This document shows, one piece after another, positions 40,387-50,293 of a DNA stretch of 64,000 nucleotides. The notes below the pieces were generated by a model that was not told where the DNA came from, searched no databases, and worked only from the letters and a program-made list of their open reading frames with translations. A program made the position numbers and the translations under genes. Each line of letters begins with the position of its first letter. Within the stretch, counting starts at the first letter, position 1. This stretch comes from a virus (lineage: Duplodnaviria > Caudoviricetes), in IMG/VR virus record IMGVR_UViG_3300050334_000106, positions 10,200 to 74,199 of that record; one strand, 5' to 3'.

Positions 40387-41747
40387 TCCGGCAATATCAT
40401 TTCAACCTGCGGATTGTAGTCTATTGTTTCCCTAACCGTTCCATGTACTTCTGCTGTCAGTATCTCTTGCGTATGTTTGACCATTTCGGATATCATGCGG
40501 TCAGAATCTCTTTCCTTCCGTTCAATATTGGCTTTTACGGCTCCTTCGGCTTCAGATATTACAATGTATACGTTAACTCTTTCCTTTCTCCCAAATCTCC
40601 AGCAGCGGCGCACTGCTTGATAATACTGTTCATAACTATCGGATAACCCCGTGAATATTTCATTTCCGCAACTTTGCCAATTCAAGCCCCATCCAAATAT
40701 GGATGGCTTACTGACTATTGCCCTTATATTACCTTTTGCAAAATCAACGGCAGTCTTAATCTTATGTTCCGTGCTGTCGCTTCCCCTGACCTCAACTGCA
40801 TCCGGGATAGCTTTCCTCAATGCTTCCGACTCAGCGTTTAAATCGCACCAAACGATTACCTGTTCTTTTATGCCATTGGCTATTTCGGCCACCTTTTTAA
40901 CTCTCGATTCCAAACTTTCATATCTTGCTTTCCTGCGGTCTTGCAGCGTTTGAGCTGTCTTCACAAACATGCTGTATGGATCTATTGGGCTTTCAACAAC
41001 AATTTCATGCAGATTCAGCGGCGGCAACTCGAATCCCTCATCTGGATATCCTAAGTCTGATGGCTTTTGGAGAACAACCGCCCATGAAGCCACCCACTCC
41101 CAAAATTTATCCTCCGCGTGTCCCTTAAGCCTCCATTTAGCGGTATCTCCGCTGTCGTGCACGAAAAACATTGCCAGCATTTCTGAACGGCTCATTACAC
41201 CCAGGAACTCAGCATGATTCCCTATTTCCATGTAATCGTTTGGGGCCGGTGTTGCGGTATACTCAAATTTGTATGGCGTATCCCGGAACATATCAATAAT
41301 CATATTGCGGTATTTTCCATCAAAAGATTTCAATATGCTGGCTTCATCCAGAATCACACACCCGAATTTGTCCGGATTGAAGTGTTGAAGCATTTCATAA
41401 TTTGTAATGTTTATCCCCGGTTTAACATCCGCCTGAGTTCTGCATATATTAGTTTCAATATCGAACTTAATACTCTCTAAAACGGTCTGATGGGATACTG
41501 CAAGGGGTGCCACAAGAAGAACATTTTCTTTAGTATGCTGATAAACTTGTTTCCCGGCTTCAAGCTGCATTGGAGTTTTGCCCAGTCCACAATTTGCCCA
41601 CGTTGCAGATTTACCTTTTTTCAAGTTCCACCGAGTAATATCTCTTTGAAAATCAAATAATTTAGGATTCAGATTCTCCTTTGCAACGTTGAATCCTGAA
41701 GACAATACAGATATTTTTTTCTCTTCCAGAAATTTTAAGTATTCCAT
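40365..41747 (-). CDS. SNF2/DEAD-like helicase
   Basis: CGLGKT, ILDEAS, TATPAPND, QAVRRCWRFG. Confidence 0.88.
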   Translation of the reverse strand: MEYLKFLEEKKISVLSSGFNVAKENLNPKLFDFQRDITRWNLKKGKSATWANCGLGKTPMQLEAGKQVYQHTKENVLLVAPLAVSHQTVLESIKFDIETNICRTQADVKPGINITNYEMLQHFNPDKFGCVILDEASILKSFDGKYRNMIIDMFRDTPYKFEYTATPAPNDYMEIGNHAEFLGVMSRSEMLAMFFVHDSGDTAKWRLKGHAEDKFWEWVASWAVVLQKPSDLGYPDEGFELPPLNLHEIVVESPIDPYSMFVKTAQTLQDRRKARYESLESRVKKVAEIANGIKEQVIVWCDLNAESEALRKAIPDAVEVRGSDSTEHKIKTAVDFAKGNIRAIVSKPSIFGWGLNWQSCGNEIFTGLSDSYEQYYQAVRRCWRFGRKERVNVYIVISEAEGAVKANIERKERDSDRMISEMVKHTQEILTAEVHGTVRETIDYNPQVEMILPDWLGVAN

Positions 41748-41758
41748 ATCTCAGCTCC

Positions 41759-42862
41759 CTATTTTGTTCTAACCGGAAGAATCATGTATCTGTAGTTATC
41801 GCATTCAGTTGGCATTATGAAGGCCGGTGCCAGTTCTCCAGAAAATCCTAGAGTAGTATTTTTATCTGATACATGTTTCAGGCAGGTTATAAATCTACGC
41901 GGGTCAAGACCAATTTTGATATCTTCTCCAGCAACATCACAGAATATTTCTTCATCAAATGAGCCTTTTTCACTCTTCATTGTCAATCTTATTGAATCAG
42001 CCTTTGATATTATCTTGAGTGGTTCACTTACGGTTCCCTTTGGGCCAGTATCAAAAACCAACAGTGCTCTTTCCAATGATTGAGTAAGTTCTCTTGTATT
42101 AACACAAACCTGTGTTTTGAGATCCAAAGGTGCATATCGTTTATAATTCATATATGTACCTTCGACCACTCTTACAGTTACTCTCGTGTTATCAAAAGAT
42201 ATTAGTGCCAAACTGTCTGATAGATCTATGTTCAATGTTCCATCACCAGTTATTGACTTTGTAACATTTTCAAGGGACTTGCCACACAGAAGTATGCTGG
42301 CATTTGAAGAATCAATTTTAAACTTTTGCCAAGCTACCATATACCCGTCAATTGCCACAACATCCGCACATCCGTTTTCAATATTGATTTTTATTCCGGT
42401 AAGTGTTGGTTTTTCTTCGCCTTCATATACCGCGAATGCTACACCATTTATGGCTTCAACAAAGAGCTCCTTGTTAACTTCGAAACTGATTTTGCTTGTT
42501 ATATCCGGGACCTTTGGATACTCAGCTTCTATAACTGCCATTTTCATAACAGCTTTACCAGCTTCCAAGTTCATTTTTTTATCTTTAACAAAAATGTCTA
42601 TCTCCTCGTCAGGCATTTTTCGAACAACATCACAAACCATCTTTGCATTTACTATGGCACTTCCGGAGCTTATTACCTCACACTCTATCGTGTGCTCTAT
42701 TGTCGATTCCAAGTTATTTTTTATAAGCTTAAGCTTCCCTTCCTGGGCTTCAAACAATATGCATTCTAGTATTGGCTGTATTACTTTCCCTGCTGTCGGC
42801 ACCGCTTTTATCACCGTATCCAAAGCTTGAACAAGTACGTTTTTATCAATTGCGATCTTCAT
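41759..42862 (-). CDS. dnaN: DNA polymerase III beta sliding clamp (phage copy)
   Basis: QPILECILF, VAIDGY, YMNYKR, ERALL, YMILPVR; about 367 aa. Confidence 0.88.
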   Translation of the reverse strand: MKIAIDKNVLVQALDTVIKAVPTAGKVIQPILECILFEAQEGKLKLIKNNLESTIEHTIECEVISSGSAIVNAKMVCDVVRKMPDEEIDIFVKDKKMNLEAGKAVMKMAVIEAEYPKVPDITSKISFEVNKELFVEAINGVAFAVYEGEEKPTLTGIKINIENGCADVVAIDGYMVAWQKFKIDSSNASILLCGKSLENVTKSITGDGTLNIDLSDSLALISFDNTRVTVRVVEGTYMNYKRYAPLDLKTQVCVNTRELTQSLERALLVFDTGPKGTVSEPLKIISKADSIRLTMKSEKGSFDEEIFCDVAGEDIKIGLDPRRFITCLKHVSDKNTTLGFSGELAPAFIMPTECDNYRYMILPVRTK

Positions 42863-44948
42863 CCCCAAAATACCTCCTGACCTCATCTATTTTACCGCTT
42901 ACCCATATTTTCAGATTCGAGAACCCCCAATGGACATCGCCCAGCAGATTCGGCATAAGCGTCTCTAATAACGCATTTCCAATCGCTGTCGCTGTCTGAA
43001 CCGGTACCGCATTGCCGATATACTCCCGGGCTTTTCCGTCACTACAATCTATCAATTCAAATGGCGTTCCATCCTTCATAGTTCTTGGGAAGCCCTGTAA
43101 CATTGCCATCTCATATGTGGTGATAGGTCTATGCCAAGTGCCATCTACCGCAATAATTATGTAGATACCTCTGTCATCTGGTCCCGGGATTCTCGGGTCT
43201 GCCACCGCAGCTGCTCCTGCATGAATATCTCCACTTGCTGTTACCGTCTTAGCAGGTTCATCCCAATCCATCACACCGTAGTTTCCAGCTCCTGACCATT
43301 TCCGAGGATCTGCCACTGCTGCCACTGAATTTGAACTGCTCACACTCATATTCCCGGTTATTGTGTTTATTGGTTTATTCCAATCAGCAATTCCATATAA
43401 CCCGGGCCGTGATTCACAATGTATGCGCTTGTCTGCCACGCAAAGTGCTCCTGACTGAACATCAGTTTGACCTATGACTGTACTTGAAGGTTCCTCCCAT
43501 GGTATAACCCTGTACGTTCCCGGATATCGCCCATCTCGTTTATTTAACCTAGGGTCAGCTACTACCGTTCCTCCATTGGTTGGCCCTGTTCCGGACGTGA
43601 TTGTCCCAGCGGGATTGTCCCAATCGGTTACTCTAAAACAATGATTAAAGTGAGGAGATTTATCTATTCTTGGATCTGCCACAGATACCGCGCCATTGGT
43701 CGGACCATTTCCACCTGTGATAGTTGGCCCCGGCTCATTCCAATCAGCCACTTTGCAAAGGTTAGCATATTTCGGTATCTTCGTGTCTACGCTTTCAGGT
43801 TCTAAATAATCATCATCTTCAATCTCACCTAATAAATCCGTACCGAAGCTTTCAGCAAATCTCTGAATATCCGGGTCTGCATATATGGGAGCTCCGCTTC
43901 CCAATCGACTTCCTGTTACCGTCGGGCTCGGTTCATCCGCAGATACAACTCTGTATTTATTGCCATAACCCTGAACGAACTCAATACGCGGGTCGGCGAC
44001 TGCTGAAACTCCTGTGCTCTGTCCAACTCCCTTTGTAGAAGATGTAACCGCATTTGAAGGTTCATCCCAGGGAACAATTCTCCAAGCACCTTTCCATTGC
44101 TCTCTACCGAAATTCTCAAGTGCTCTCCAGTCTTTCCCGGCTGGTATAAGAGCCAGTCTTTCCCATGTTCTCCATGCAAGATTTGGAATCCGGTGCATTT
44201 TGCCACCTCTAGCCGTGTCACCAGGCATTGGCAACGGACCTAAAATGTCACCGATAGACTTAAGCGGTAATTCTGGAGGTTCAAACACAAAGTCCGGAAC
44301 CTTCTCAACAAATCTTGAGATATGTAGATATCTTACTCTGTGCTGTCCAAGTCCTCCCCATTTTCCACAATCATATAAGGCTTCATGAAAAACATATCCT
44401 CGAGGTGATAACATTGTTCTTATGCCCTTAAGTGTCTTGTCTCCCCTGCCTTTATCGCGTATGCCAGGGACATTTTCCATCAGTAAAATAGGAGGTAAAT
44501 CGTCAAACCAGGCTTCAAGTACAAGCTCATATATTCTTAATGGTAATTCGTTTAACGCCTGATACTTTGGCAACTCTGCCGTTTTTTTTGGCAATAGTCG
44601 GCTATTCCCTTTGCACGGCGGGCTCATGACAACCACATCAGGCCGTTTATTGATAAGTTCTCTCAGTTTCTTAGGAGTTAATTCTTCCCACTCAGGTCCT
44701 GGCTCATGGCCGTAGAACATAATGTATTGCCTTCTGGTAAAAAGGTCTAAGCAGATAGCTTTATTGCCTGTTATTCTCTCAAAGTTTTTGCAGGCTACTG
44801 GGTCAACATCTATTCCAACAACTGTTTTAAATCTGCCTGTAATGCCTTTATATTCATGCCTGGATTGTTCAAGTCCCAAATCCTGGCCTCCCACTCCACA
44901 GCAGAAACAAGCAACATATAATTCCATTTCATTATTTGTTAAATTCAC
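42846..44948 (-). CDS. C5-cytosine DNA methyltransferase with seven internal repeats
   Basis: FCCGVGG, SPPCKG, MENVPG, QHRVR, IGNAVP; repeats W.EP..TIT...AVADPR. Confidence 0.9.
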   Translation of the reverse strand: MNLTNNEMELYVACFCCGVGGQDLGLEQSRHEYKGITGRFKTVVGIDVDPVACKNFERITGNKAICLDLFTRRQYIMFYGHEPGPEWEELTPKKLRELINKRPDVVVMSPPCKGNSRLLPKKTAELPKYQALNELPLRIYELVLEAWFDDLPPILLMENVPGIRDKGRGDKTLKGIRTMLSPRGYVFHEALYDCGKWGGLGQHRVRYLHISRFVEKVPDFVFEPPELPLKSIGDILGPLPMPGDTARGGKMHRIPNLAWRTWERLALIPAGKDWRALENFGREQWKGAWRIVPWDEPSNAVTSSTKGVGQSTGVSAVADPRIEFVQGYGNKYRVVSADEPSPTVTGSRLGSGAPIYADPDIQRFAESFGTDLLGEIEDDDYLEPESVDTKIPKYANLCKVADWNEPGPTITGGNGPTNGAVSVADPRIDKSPHFNHCFRVTDWDNPAGTITSGTGPTNGGTVVADPRLNKRDGRYPGTYRVIPWEEPSSTVIGQTDVQSGALCVADKRIHCESRPGLYGIADWNKPINTITGNMSVSSSNSVAAVADPRKWSGAGNYGVMDWDEPAKTVTASGDIHAGAAAVADPRIPGPDDRGIYIIIAVDGTWHRPITTYEMAMLQGFPRTMKDGTPFELIDCSDGKAREYIGNAVPVQTATAIGNALLETLMPNLLGDVHWGFSNLKIWVSGKIDEVRRYFGDEDRN

Positions 44949-44952
44949 TTAA

Positions 44953-46257
44953 TCACTCCTCGTCTATGTCTGGGTCAAAATCCGGCTCATCTGCAACCCA
45001 GGTATTATCTTTCAAAACCAATTTATCAATTCTGTCAAAGATACAAGGCCGCGTTTCGAGCAATTCTTCCGTAGTCTCAAATACATCAAATAGACTCAGC
45101 AAGCCATTTCTTTTTGCGACCTGAAGCTTTCGGATTTCATCTGCCATACCCTTACGCATGAATGCTTGCCACTGTTTATTGTGAGTCCTCCGGAGCATAG
45201 CCATGTGATTATTCTGATAGAGTAGATCTGTCCCGCATCCCATACAGCCATTACGGGGTATCTTGTGGAACACTTTGTTTTCATCCGTCCAGCCCATATC
45301 ATATAGGCTGGAATATGGAACATTGTAACGGTGTATATATGCCCATATGTCATCATCAGTCCAAATGCTTATGGGATTGCAATGCCAGAATGAATGACCA
45401 TATTTCTCAAGATGTGGCCGGGAAGATTCAAAGAGGTATCCACGGGAAATGAAATTCGTTTGTCTTGACCGCGACTCCGCCGCCATTAAGCCCTTAAATA
45501 TAACATCAACGTCAAGTTCAGCTTGAAGTCTTTCGCTCGGTTCCTTCTTTAAAGTGTCACAGCAGGCCTGAGAGATTTTCACCTGTCGAAGTATATCGTA
45601 ATAGGCCAGCAGTTGAGGGTCCTCTGATTCACTCTGAGAAAATTGCAGGAAGCAATCTATATTGATTCGGTGTGCTTTTAGTTTTGAGAATGCTTTCCCC
45701 AACAGTGGCCATCCGTATTGGTCAACGCACCACCAGTAACTTTTTACCGTACCTTCTGGCCAAAAAAGTCTTTCTTTCTCAAATTTCTCTTTTAGATGTT
45801 CCGGACAAGCTGCTTCCAGAGCTGCCGTACTTTTTAACTTGCCGTCGTCTTTCAGAACCGTATAAAGAAGGTCCATGTCTATTAGGTACTGAAGTATTTC
45901 CTGCTGCGCTTTATATTTATAGCTCGGACACTCAGTCTTTAATGGGCAGGCTTCGTAAAAACATCCTTTTCCCCATTCCTTCCCGATCTGCCGGGCAAAT
46001 TTTAAGCATTCCGGATATTCAACACCAGTATTACCATAGATGATGACAGTCTTTTCGGCATATTCCGGGAAGAATGTTCTTATTAAGTGCCATAATACGA
46101 GGCTGTCTTTGCCACCTGAGAAGGCTATTGCCGCCCTGTGTTTACAAACTGAATATGCTGTATGGATGGCCTTTTTAGCCTCATTTATCTTATAATCCAG
46201 ATCTTTCTTTTGCTCTATTTCAAGGTCTTTATAACTGATATACATTAGTGACCTCAC
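44953..46257 (-). CDS. PAPS-reductase-family (PP-loop) protein
   Basis: IAFSGGKDS, CCDTLKKEP, NPISIWTDDD, RNGCMGC. Confidence 0.88.
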   Translation of the reverse strand: MRSLMYISYKDLEIEQKKDLDYKINEAKKAIHTAYSVCKHRAAIAFSGGKDSLVLWHLIRTFFPEYAEKTVIIYGNTGVEYPECLKFARQIGKEWGKGCFYEACPLKTECPSYKYKAQQEILQYLIDMDLLYTVLKDDGKLKSTAALEAACPEHLKEKFEKERLFWPEGTVKSYWWCVDQYGWPLLGKAFSKLKAHRINIDCFLQFSQSESEDPQLLAYYDILRQVKISQACCDTLKKEPSERLQAELDVDVIFKGLMAAESRSRQTNFISRGYLFESSRPHLEKYGHSFWHCNPISIWTDDDIWAYIHRYNVPYSSLYDMGWTDENKVFHKIPRNGCMGCGTDLLYQNNHMAMLRRTHNKQWQAFMRKGMADEIRKLQVAKRNGLLSLFDVFETTEELLETRPCIFDRIDKLVLKDNTWVADEPDFDPDIDEE

Positions 46258-46613
46258 TCATTTATAATTCTTGATACTGTATCCAGCCAGTACGCTGGAG
46301 GTTCCAGTCTGACAAATACCCTTTGACTGATTCTGAGGCAAATGAACTTCTTTGGACTTAAAAACCGTCCAGCATATATTTTGATATCCTGTTCCCATTC
46401 ATCAATGCTTTTGGTAGGGTTAAGTTCAACCGTTATACTCATCTGATCCCATATTTTGGCCATTCTGTTTAGTACCTGAGCTAATGCTATTTCAGCCCTG
46501 TCCCTATTCTCTGGAGTCTCCGCCATATATTTTGTGCGCTCATATTCTTCTGCTCTTCGCAGCCGGTCTTTAAGATTTTCAAATTCCATAATAATTTTTG
46601 TGTCCATATCCAC
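46254..46613 (-). CDS. Hypothetical protein
   Basis: Operonic ORF. Confidence 0.55.
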   Translation of the reverse strand: MDMDTKIIMEFENLKDRLRRAEEYERTKYMAETPENRDRAEIALAQVLNRMAKIWDQMSITVELNPTKSIDEWEQDIKIYAGRFLSPKKFICLRISQRVFVRLEPPAYWLDTVSRIINE

Positions 46614-46616
46614 ACC

Positions 46617-46808
46617 TCAAAATGGAAGCTCTTCTCCGTTGTCGTCGTAATATTTACCGGTTTCCGGCTCCCAGGCATCACCTTGTTGTTCGCCGGTAGC
46701 AGTTCTTCCAAGTAATCTATTCAAAACCGCCCTTGGGATACACCGATCAATGATTTCCCTGTATTGCTCATAATAATCAAGATCAATCATCGGCATCTTG
46801 CTCGTCAC
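46617..46808 (-). CDS. Hypothetical protein
   Basis: Operonic ORF ending EELPF. Confidence 0.55.
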   Translation of the reverse strand: MTSKMPMIDLDYYEQYREIIDRCIPRAVLNRLLGRTATGEQQGDAWEPETGKYYDDNGEELPF

Positions 46809-47337
46809 CTTCTTTAAGCATCGTTTTTGATAATCCAGAAATGAGCTTTTTTGATGAATCCGGTAGCATGGAGTATTCTTTTATTTGCTGAACCCTTGCA
46901 GAATAACTGCGCATGAAATTGGACTGAATGACTGTTTCAAGTTGCTTTGTTTCAAGGAGAGCCCATTCTCGGAGCTGCCCCGGACTACCGACAATCTTTT
47001 GAAGAACGGCAGGGAGGTTATTGAAATTTTCGGTTGCATTGTAATATGAGATTGCATTTTTAATCTTTGCCCAAGCCTCAAATTCAGTAGGCGCTGGAAG
47101 TTGAGTTAGTTGAGCAACTTTCTTTTTTATATCAGCCGGAACAGGAGGAAATTCAAGCGTGCAAATTACTGCATGGACTGCCTCGGTAACAATTTTTGCG
47201 TTGTCATCTTTAAACAATACTGCCCATAAATTCAATGCAGCCTGCTTTTCATCTGAGGTCTTATTTGCATAAAACCTCGGGTATGCAGTCTCAAGAATCA
47301 TCATTATAGTCGCTGTTTCCTTTTTGGTCATGTTCAT
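46783..47337 (-). CDS. Helicase loader/inhibitor (SPP1 G39P-like)
   Basis: MTKKET..IM.IL..AYP...LW...F...FPPVPADIK; follows the initiator gene. Confidence 0.75.
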   Translation of the reverse strand: MNMTKKETATIMMILETAYPRFYANKTSDEKQAALNLWAVLFKDDNAKIVTEAVHAVICTLEFPPVPADIKKKVAQLTQLPAPTEFEAWAKIKNAISYYNATENFNNLPAVLQKIVGSPGQLREWALLETKQLETVIQSNFMRSYSARVQQIKEYSMLPDSSKKLISGLSKTMLKEGDEQDADD

Positions 47338-48094
47338 TAGCCTCCTCTACTAAATCTACAAAACTCACATTCTTACCCTGTTTTTGCTTTGGTGCATCTC
47401 TGCCCTTTTTGTTTCCGCGTTCTACCTTCTTTGCTCGATACTGTTCAAGTGTCTTAACATTCTGGGATATGGAATTATCAAGCACCTTTTTAGCCCAGTT
47501 CCATTTATTATCCATGCCAAGGCTGTCTTTAAGTACCTCTATAATCATTTCAGGCTCTAATCCATCAATATCCATAGCCTGAGATATCGTCTCAGCTTGA
47601 AAAGGAGTAATAAGTCCAATGTTCTGGTTAAAAAATCTAAATACTTCGCCCTCGCGCGCGCGTTCTTCCTCTTCTTCTATAAGGTTAGGTATAGGAGAAG
47701 GTGAAGGATAACGGTGTTCTTCGGTACTTTGCGGTGATTGCCGGTGTTGCTCGGTGTTTTGCGGCGAAATGCGGCGCTTTTTTTCAGGGATGTAAGTCTG
47801 ATATTTATAGAAGGAACTCGGTGGGAAACTCAACATTTTGCCATCAGACTTAACCAGCCCAAGCTTTATCATCCCATCAACAGCCCATTGGATATCTTCC
47901 TCTGCTTTATCTGTGCGCGCTGGCATAACTTTGTTTTTAATCTCAAATGGATCTGCAGTTATCAGGCAGGTATCCTCGGCATGTGGGATCATCCATGTAT
48001 AAAGGAGCGCTGCAAAGTCGCCGTATTCAATCGCCAATTTGTTAACAGCTTTATCTATTGAAATCTCAGTTGAAATATATCTGCGTCTTGCCAT
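47291..48094 (-). CDS. Replication initiator with DnaD-like domain
   Basis: ALLYTWMIPHAED; FFNQNIGLITPFQAE...WAKKVLDN. Confidence 0.8.
   Translation of the reverse strand: MARRRYISTEISIDKAVNKLAIEYGDFAALLYTWMIPHAEDTCLITADPFEIKNKVMPARTDKAEEDIQWAVDGMIKLGLVKSDGKMLSFPPSSFYKYQTYIPEKKRRISPQNTEQHRQSPQSTEEHRYPSPSPIPNLIEEEEERAREGEVFRFFNQNIGLITPFQAETISQAMDIDGLEPEMIIEVLKDSLGMDNKWNWAKKVLDNSISQNVKTLEQYRAKKVERGNKKGRDAPKQKQGKNVSFVDLVEEANEHDQKGNSDYNDDS
47712..47781. repeat. Iteron-like array (candidate phage origin) inside the initiator gene
   Basis: CGG(T/C) recurs at an exact 10-nt period seven times (47712, 47722...47772). Confidence 0.6.
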
Positions 48095-48168
48095 TTACAT
48101 ACCGCCTTTATGTTGATGGACAGGGGCCTCGACCTGACCCCGCCATCTGATCTATGTGAATTTTGGGG

Positions 48169-48924
48169 TTAATAAGGGAATTTTTCCAGTCCTACTTCCA
48201 GTCCGGGCTTAGCTATCCTTGGAACTATACCTGTTAAATCTGCAATTTCCTTAACCATGCGTTCTGCGTCTGCGTTCTGACTACTCAGATGTAAGAGAAT
48301 GATTTCCCGGCATTGGCTCAGGTCATTTGCTCTAAGGAAGTCTTTCAGTGTTTCAAGACTCATATGGCTTTGTAGTAGCCTTGGTTTCATTGCTTCATGG
48401 ATATAACCATTCTCAATATTCCAGTCCAGAGTTTCCTTTATATAGTTGCATTCAATCATGATATAATTGAGGCCAGTGAACTGATATTTGCAATAATATG
48501 AATCAGTTAGGAATAAAAGTTTTTCACCTGCTGGACGGTACTGAATAAGGAAACCTAAACTTTCAGGAGCATCATGCTCAGTGTCAAACGGCAATATATC
48601 AAAATCCGATATCTGAAACTTTTCTTTTGACCTCGCAAAGCTTAACCAGTACGAGTTACATGCCCAGTGTTCAATGTTCAATGCTTCACAGGTTCCAGTA
48701 CTTAGGTAAGTAATAATCCCCGCTTTCATCACGTCTAAGACTGCCTTGGAATGGTCCTTGTGACAATGTGTAACTAAGCACCCCTGAACACTTGACAAGT
48801 CAAATTCAAGTCTTTTTTGTATTTTCTTCCATGGAATCCCACATTCAAGCAGCAGGCTCCCTGTCGGTGACTCTAGGATATAACAATTGCCAGAACTTCC
48901 GCTTGCCAGCACCTTTAATTGCAT
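48169..48924 (-). CDS. MBL-fold metallo-hydrolase
   Basis: ASGSSGNCY, THCHKDH, HDAPE, LHLS. Confidence 0.9.
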   Translation of the reverse strand: MQLKVLASGSSGNCYILESPTGSLLLECGIPWKKIQKRLEFDLSSVQGCLVTHCHKDHSKAVLDVMKAGIITYLSTGTCEALNIEHWACNSYWLSFARSKEKFQISDFDILPFDTEHDAPESLGFLIQYRPAGEKLLFLTDSYYCKYQFTGLNYIMIECNYIKETLDWNIENGYIHEAMKPRLLQSHMSLETLKDFLRANDLSQCREIILLHLSSQNADAERMVKEIADLTGIVPRIAKPGLEVGLEKFPY

Positions 48925-49121
48925 TTCTCTGCCTCCAGTTTAATTCGATGATATTCCCTGCATTCCGGACATGTTATATTTCCATAGTTAATTGCACCAC
49001 ATACCGGGCAAACTGGGTGAAAATGCATACTAGTTTCAGTACAAGATAATAATGGACATGGCCCACTAAATGGAATGTATTTTTTAACCTTTTTCATATC
49101 AATACCCCGGCTCATCATCAA
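48915..49121 (-). CDS. Small Cys-rich protein
   Basis: CPVC, CPEC. Confidence 0.55.
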   Translation of the reverse strand: MMMSRGIDMKKVKKYIPFSGPCPLLSCTETSMHFHPVCPVCGAINYGNITCPECREYHRIKLEAEKCN

Positions 49122-49821
49122 TGGCCATTTGCTGTCCCTGGTCTTTTACCTCAACTTCCGGAACAGGCTCAATGTCAATAACCTCCATATTAGCCTTGGT
49201 TTTTATTTCCTCCTCGACCTGGACATCAACCGGTTTTTCTGACATTTCATCCTCGGTATACATAGCCCCAAGATTAGTCGGAAATGCTTCTCTCATGGCC
49301 TGAACAATTGCCACTTTACGAATCATAGTTGAGGGTCTGTCCTTCCACTGAGACTGTTTCTTGTCGTATTCGGTGAGTGATACCATTTGGCTGAATGGGA
49401 ATTTCTTGTCCTTACGGTATACTTTCGCCCAGCCTCCGACCAGCTTGTCAGTAGGCAGGTAAAATGTTCCTTCAACTTCAATCTGCTTACCGTCGCGTAT
49501 TATAATGATACCGGCCTGCAGCCCTTCATAGTCAGGATGGTTCTCAGCCCGTTTCATGAAAGCTTCTTTCCCAGTTACAATCTGCGCTTCGTTCCCAAAT
49601 TTAATAAGATATGCCTCATTAAGGAATGGATTCAATTTCTGATATTTACAGAGGTTCATGAACAGGACCAAATCCTGGTCGGTTATATTGGCATTCCCCC
49701 TGACCAAATACTTCCTTACGATTTCACCTGAAAGCTTGATTTCTTCATCTCCGACATTGTAGGTCATTACCTTAGTGTTTACCTGGTTGTTTAATGCGAT
49801 GGTTTGCTGTTCCTGTTTCAT
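49099..49821 (-). CDS. bet: Bet/RecT single-strand annealing protein
   Basis: LNPFLNEAYLIK, GGWAKVYRKD, MIRKVAIVQAMREAFP. Confidence 0.9.
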   Translation of the reverse strand: MKQEQQTIALNNQVNTKVMTYNVGDEEIKLSGEIVRKYLVRGNANITDQDLVLFMNLCKYQKLNPFLNEAYLIKFGNEAQIVTGKEAFMKRAENHPDYEGLQAGIIIIRDGKQIEVEGTFYLPTDKLVGGWAKVYRKDKKFPFSQMVSLTEYDKKQSQWKDRPSTMIRKVAIVQAMREAFPTNLGAMYTEDEMSEKPVDVQVEEEIKTKANMEVIDIEPVPEVEVKDQGQQMAIDDEPGY

Positions 49822-50037
49822 TTATTTATCCTCCTGCCTTACGGCTTTACAAATTACGTTTTTACGCTGGATTGCATTATAGGCCATCCTAAATTGCCAA
49901 CTCATAAACCAACCATTGTGAGTTAATTTGTGGTGCCAATACACGAATTCTTGTGAAGCTAATTCATCAAGGTTTGTAATTGGCTCGCCTTTTACGAACT
50001 TGCTGCGTGGTTTGCCCATGCTATCCCTCCCCTGCAC
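49822..50037 (-). CDS. Hypothetical protein
   Basis: Operonic ORF. Confidence 0.55.
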   Translation of the reverse strand: MQGRDSMGKPRSKFVKGEPITNLDELASQEFVYWHHKLTHNGWFMSWQFRMAYNAIQRKNVICKAVRQEDK

Positions 50038-50293
50038 AATTTGAGCATAGCGGCCCTATTTCGTTATCAACTGCTATTTGAATGAACTCAGCTTCATCCG
50101 GATGAATTTGAGCATTGCAGTTTACACAAAACTCCGTGCATTCCTCTTTGTATGCCTCATATGCATCTTGACAGCGGCATCCTTCACAAGCTGTATAACC
50201 ATTTGGCGCACCATGAACGCCTTTGGCTTCATCTGGCAGTGGACAGTATTTGCATAGTTCTTCGCCGTCAGTCAATTCTTCAATGGTTCTCAC
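50021..50293 (-). CDS. Cys-rich hypothetical protein
   Basis: Several CxxC motifs. Confidence 0.55.
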   Translation of the reverse strand: MRTIEELTDGEELCKYCPLPDEAKGVHGAPNGYTACEGCRCQDAYEAYKEECTEFCVNCNAQIHPDEAEFIQIAVDNEIGPLCSNCAGEG

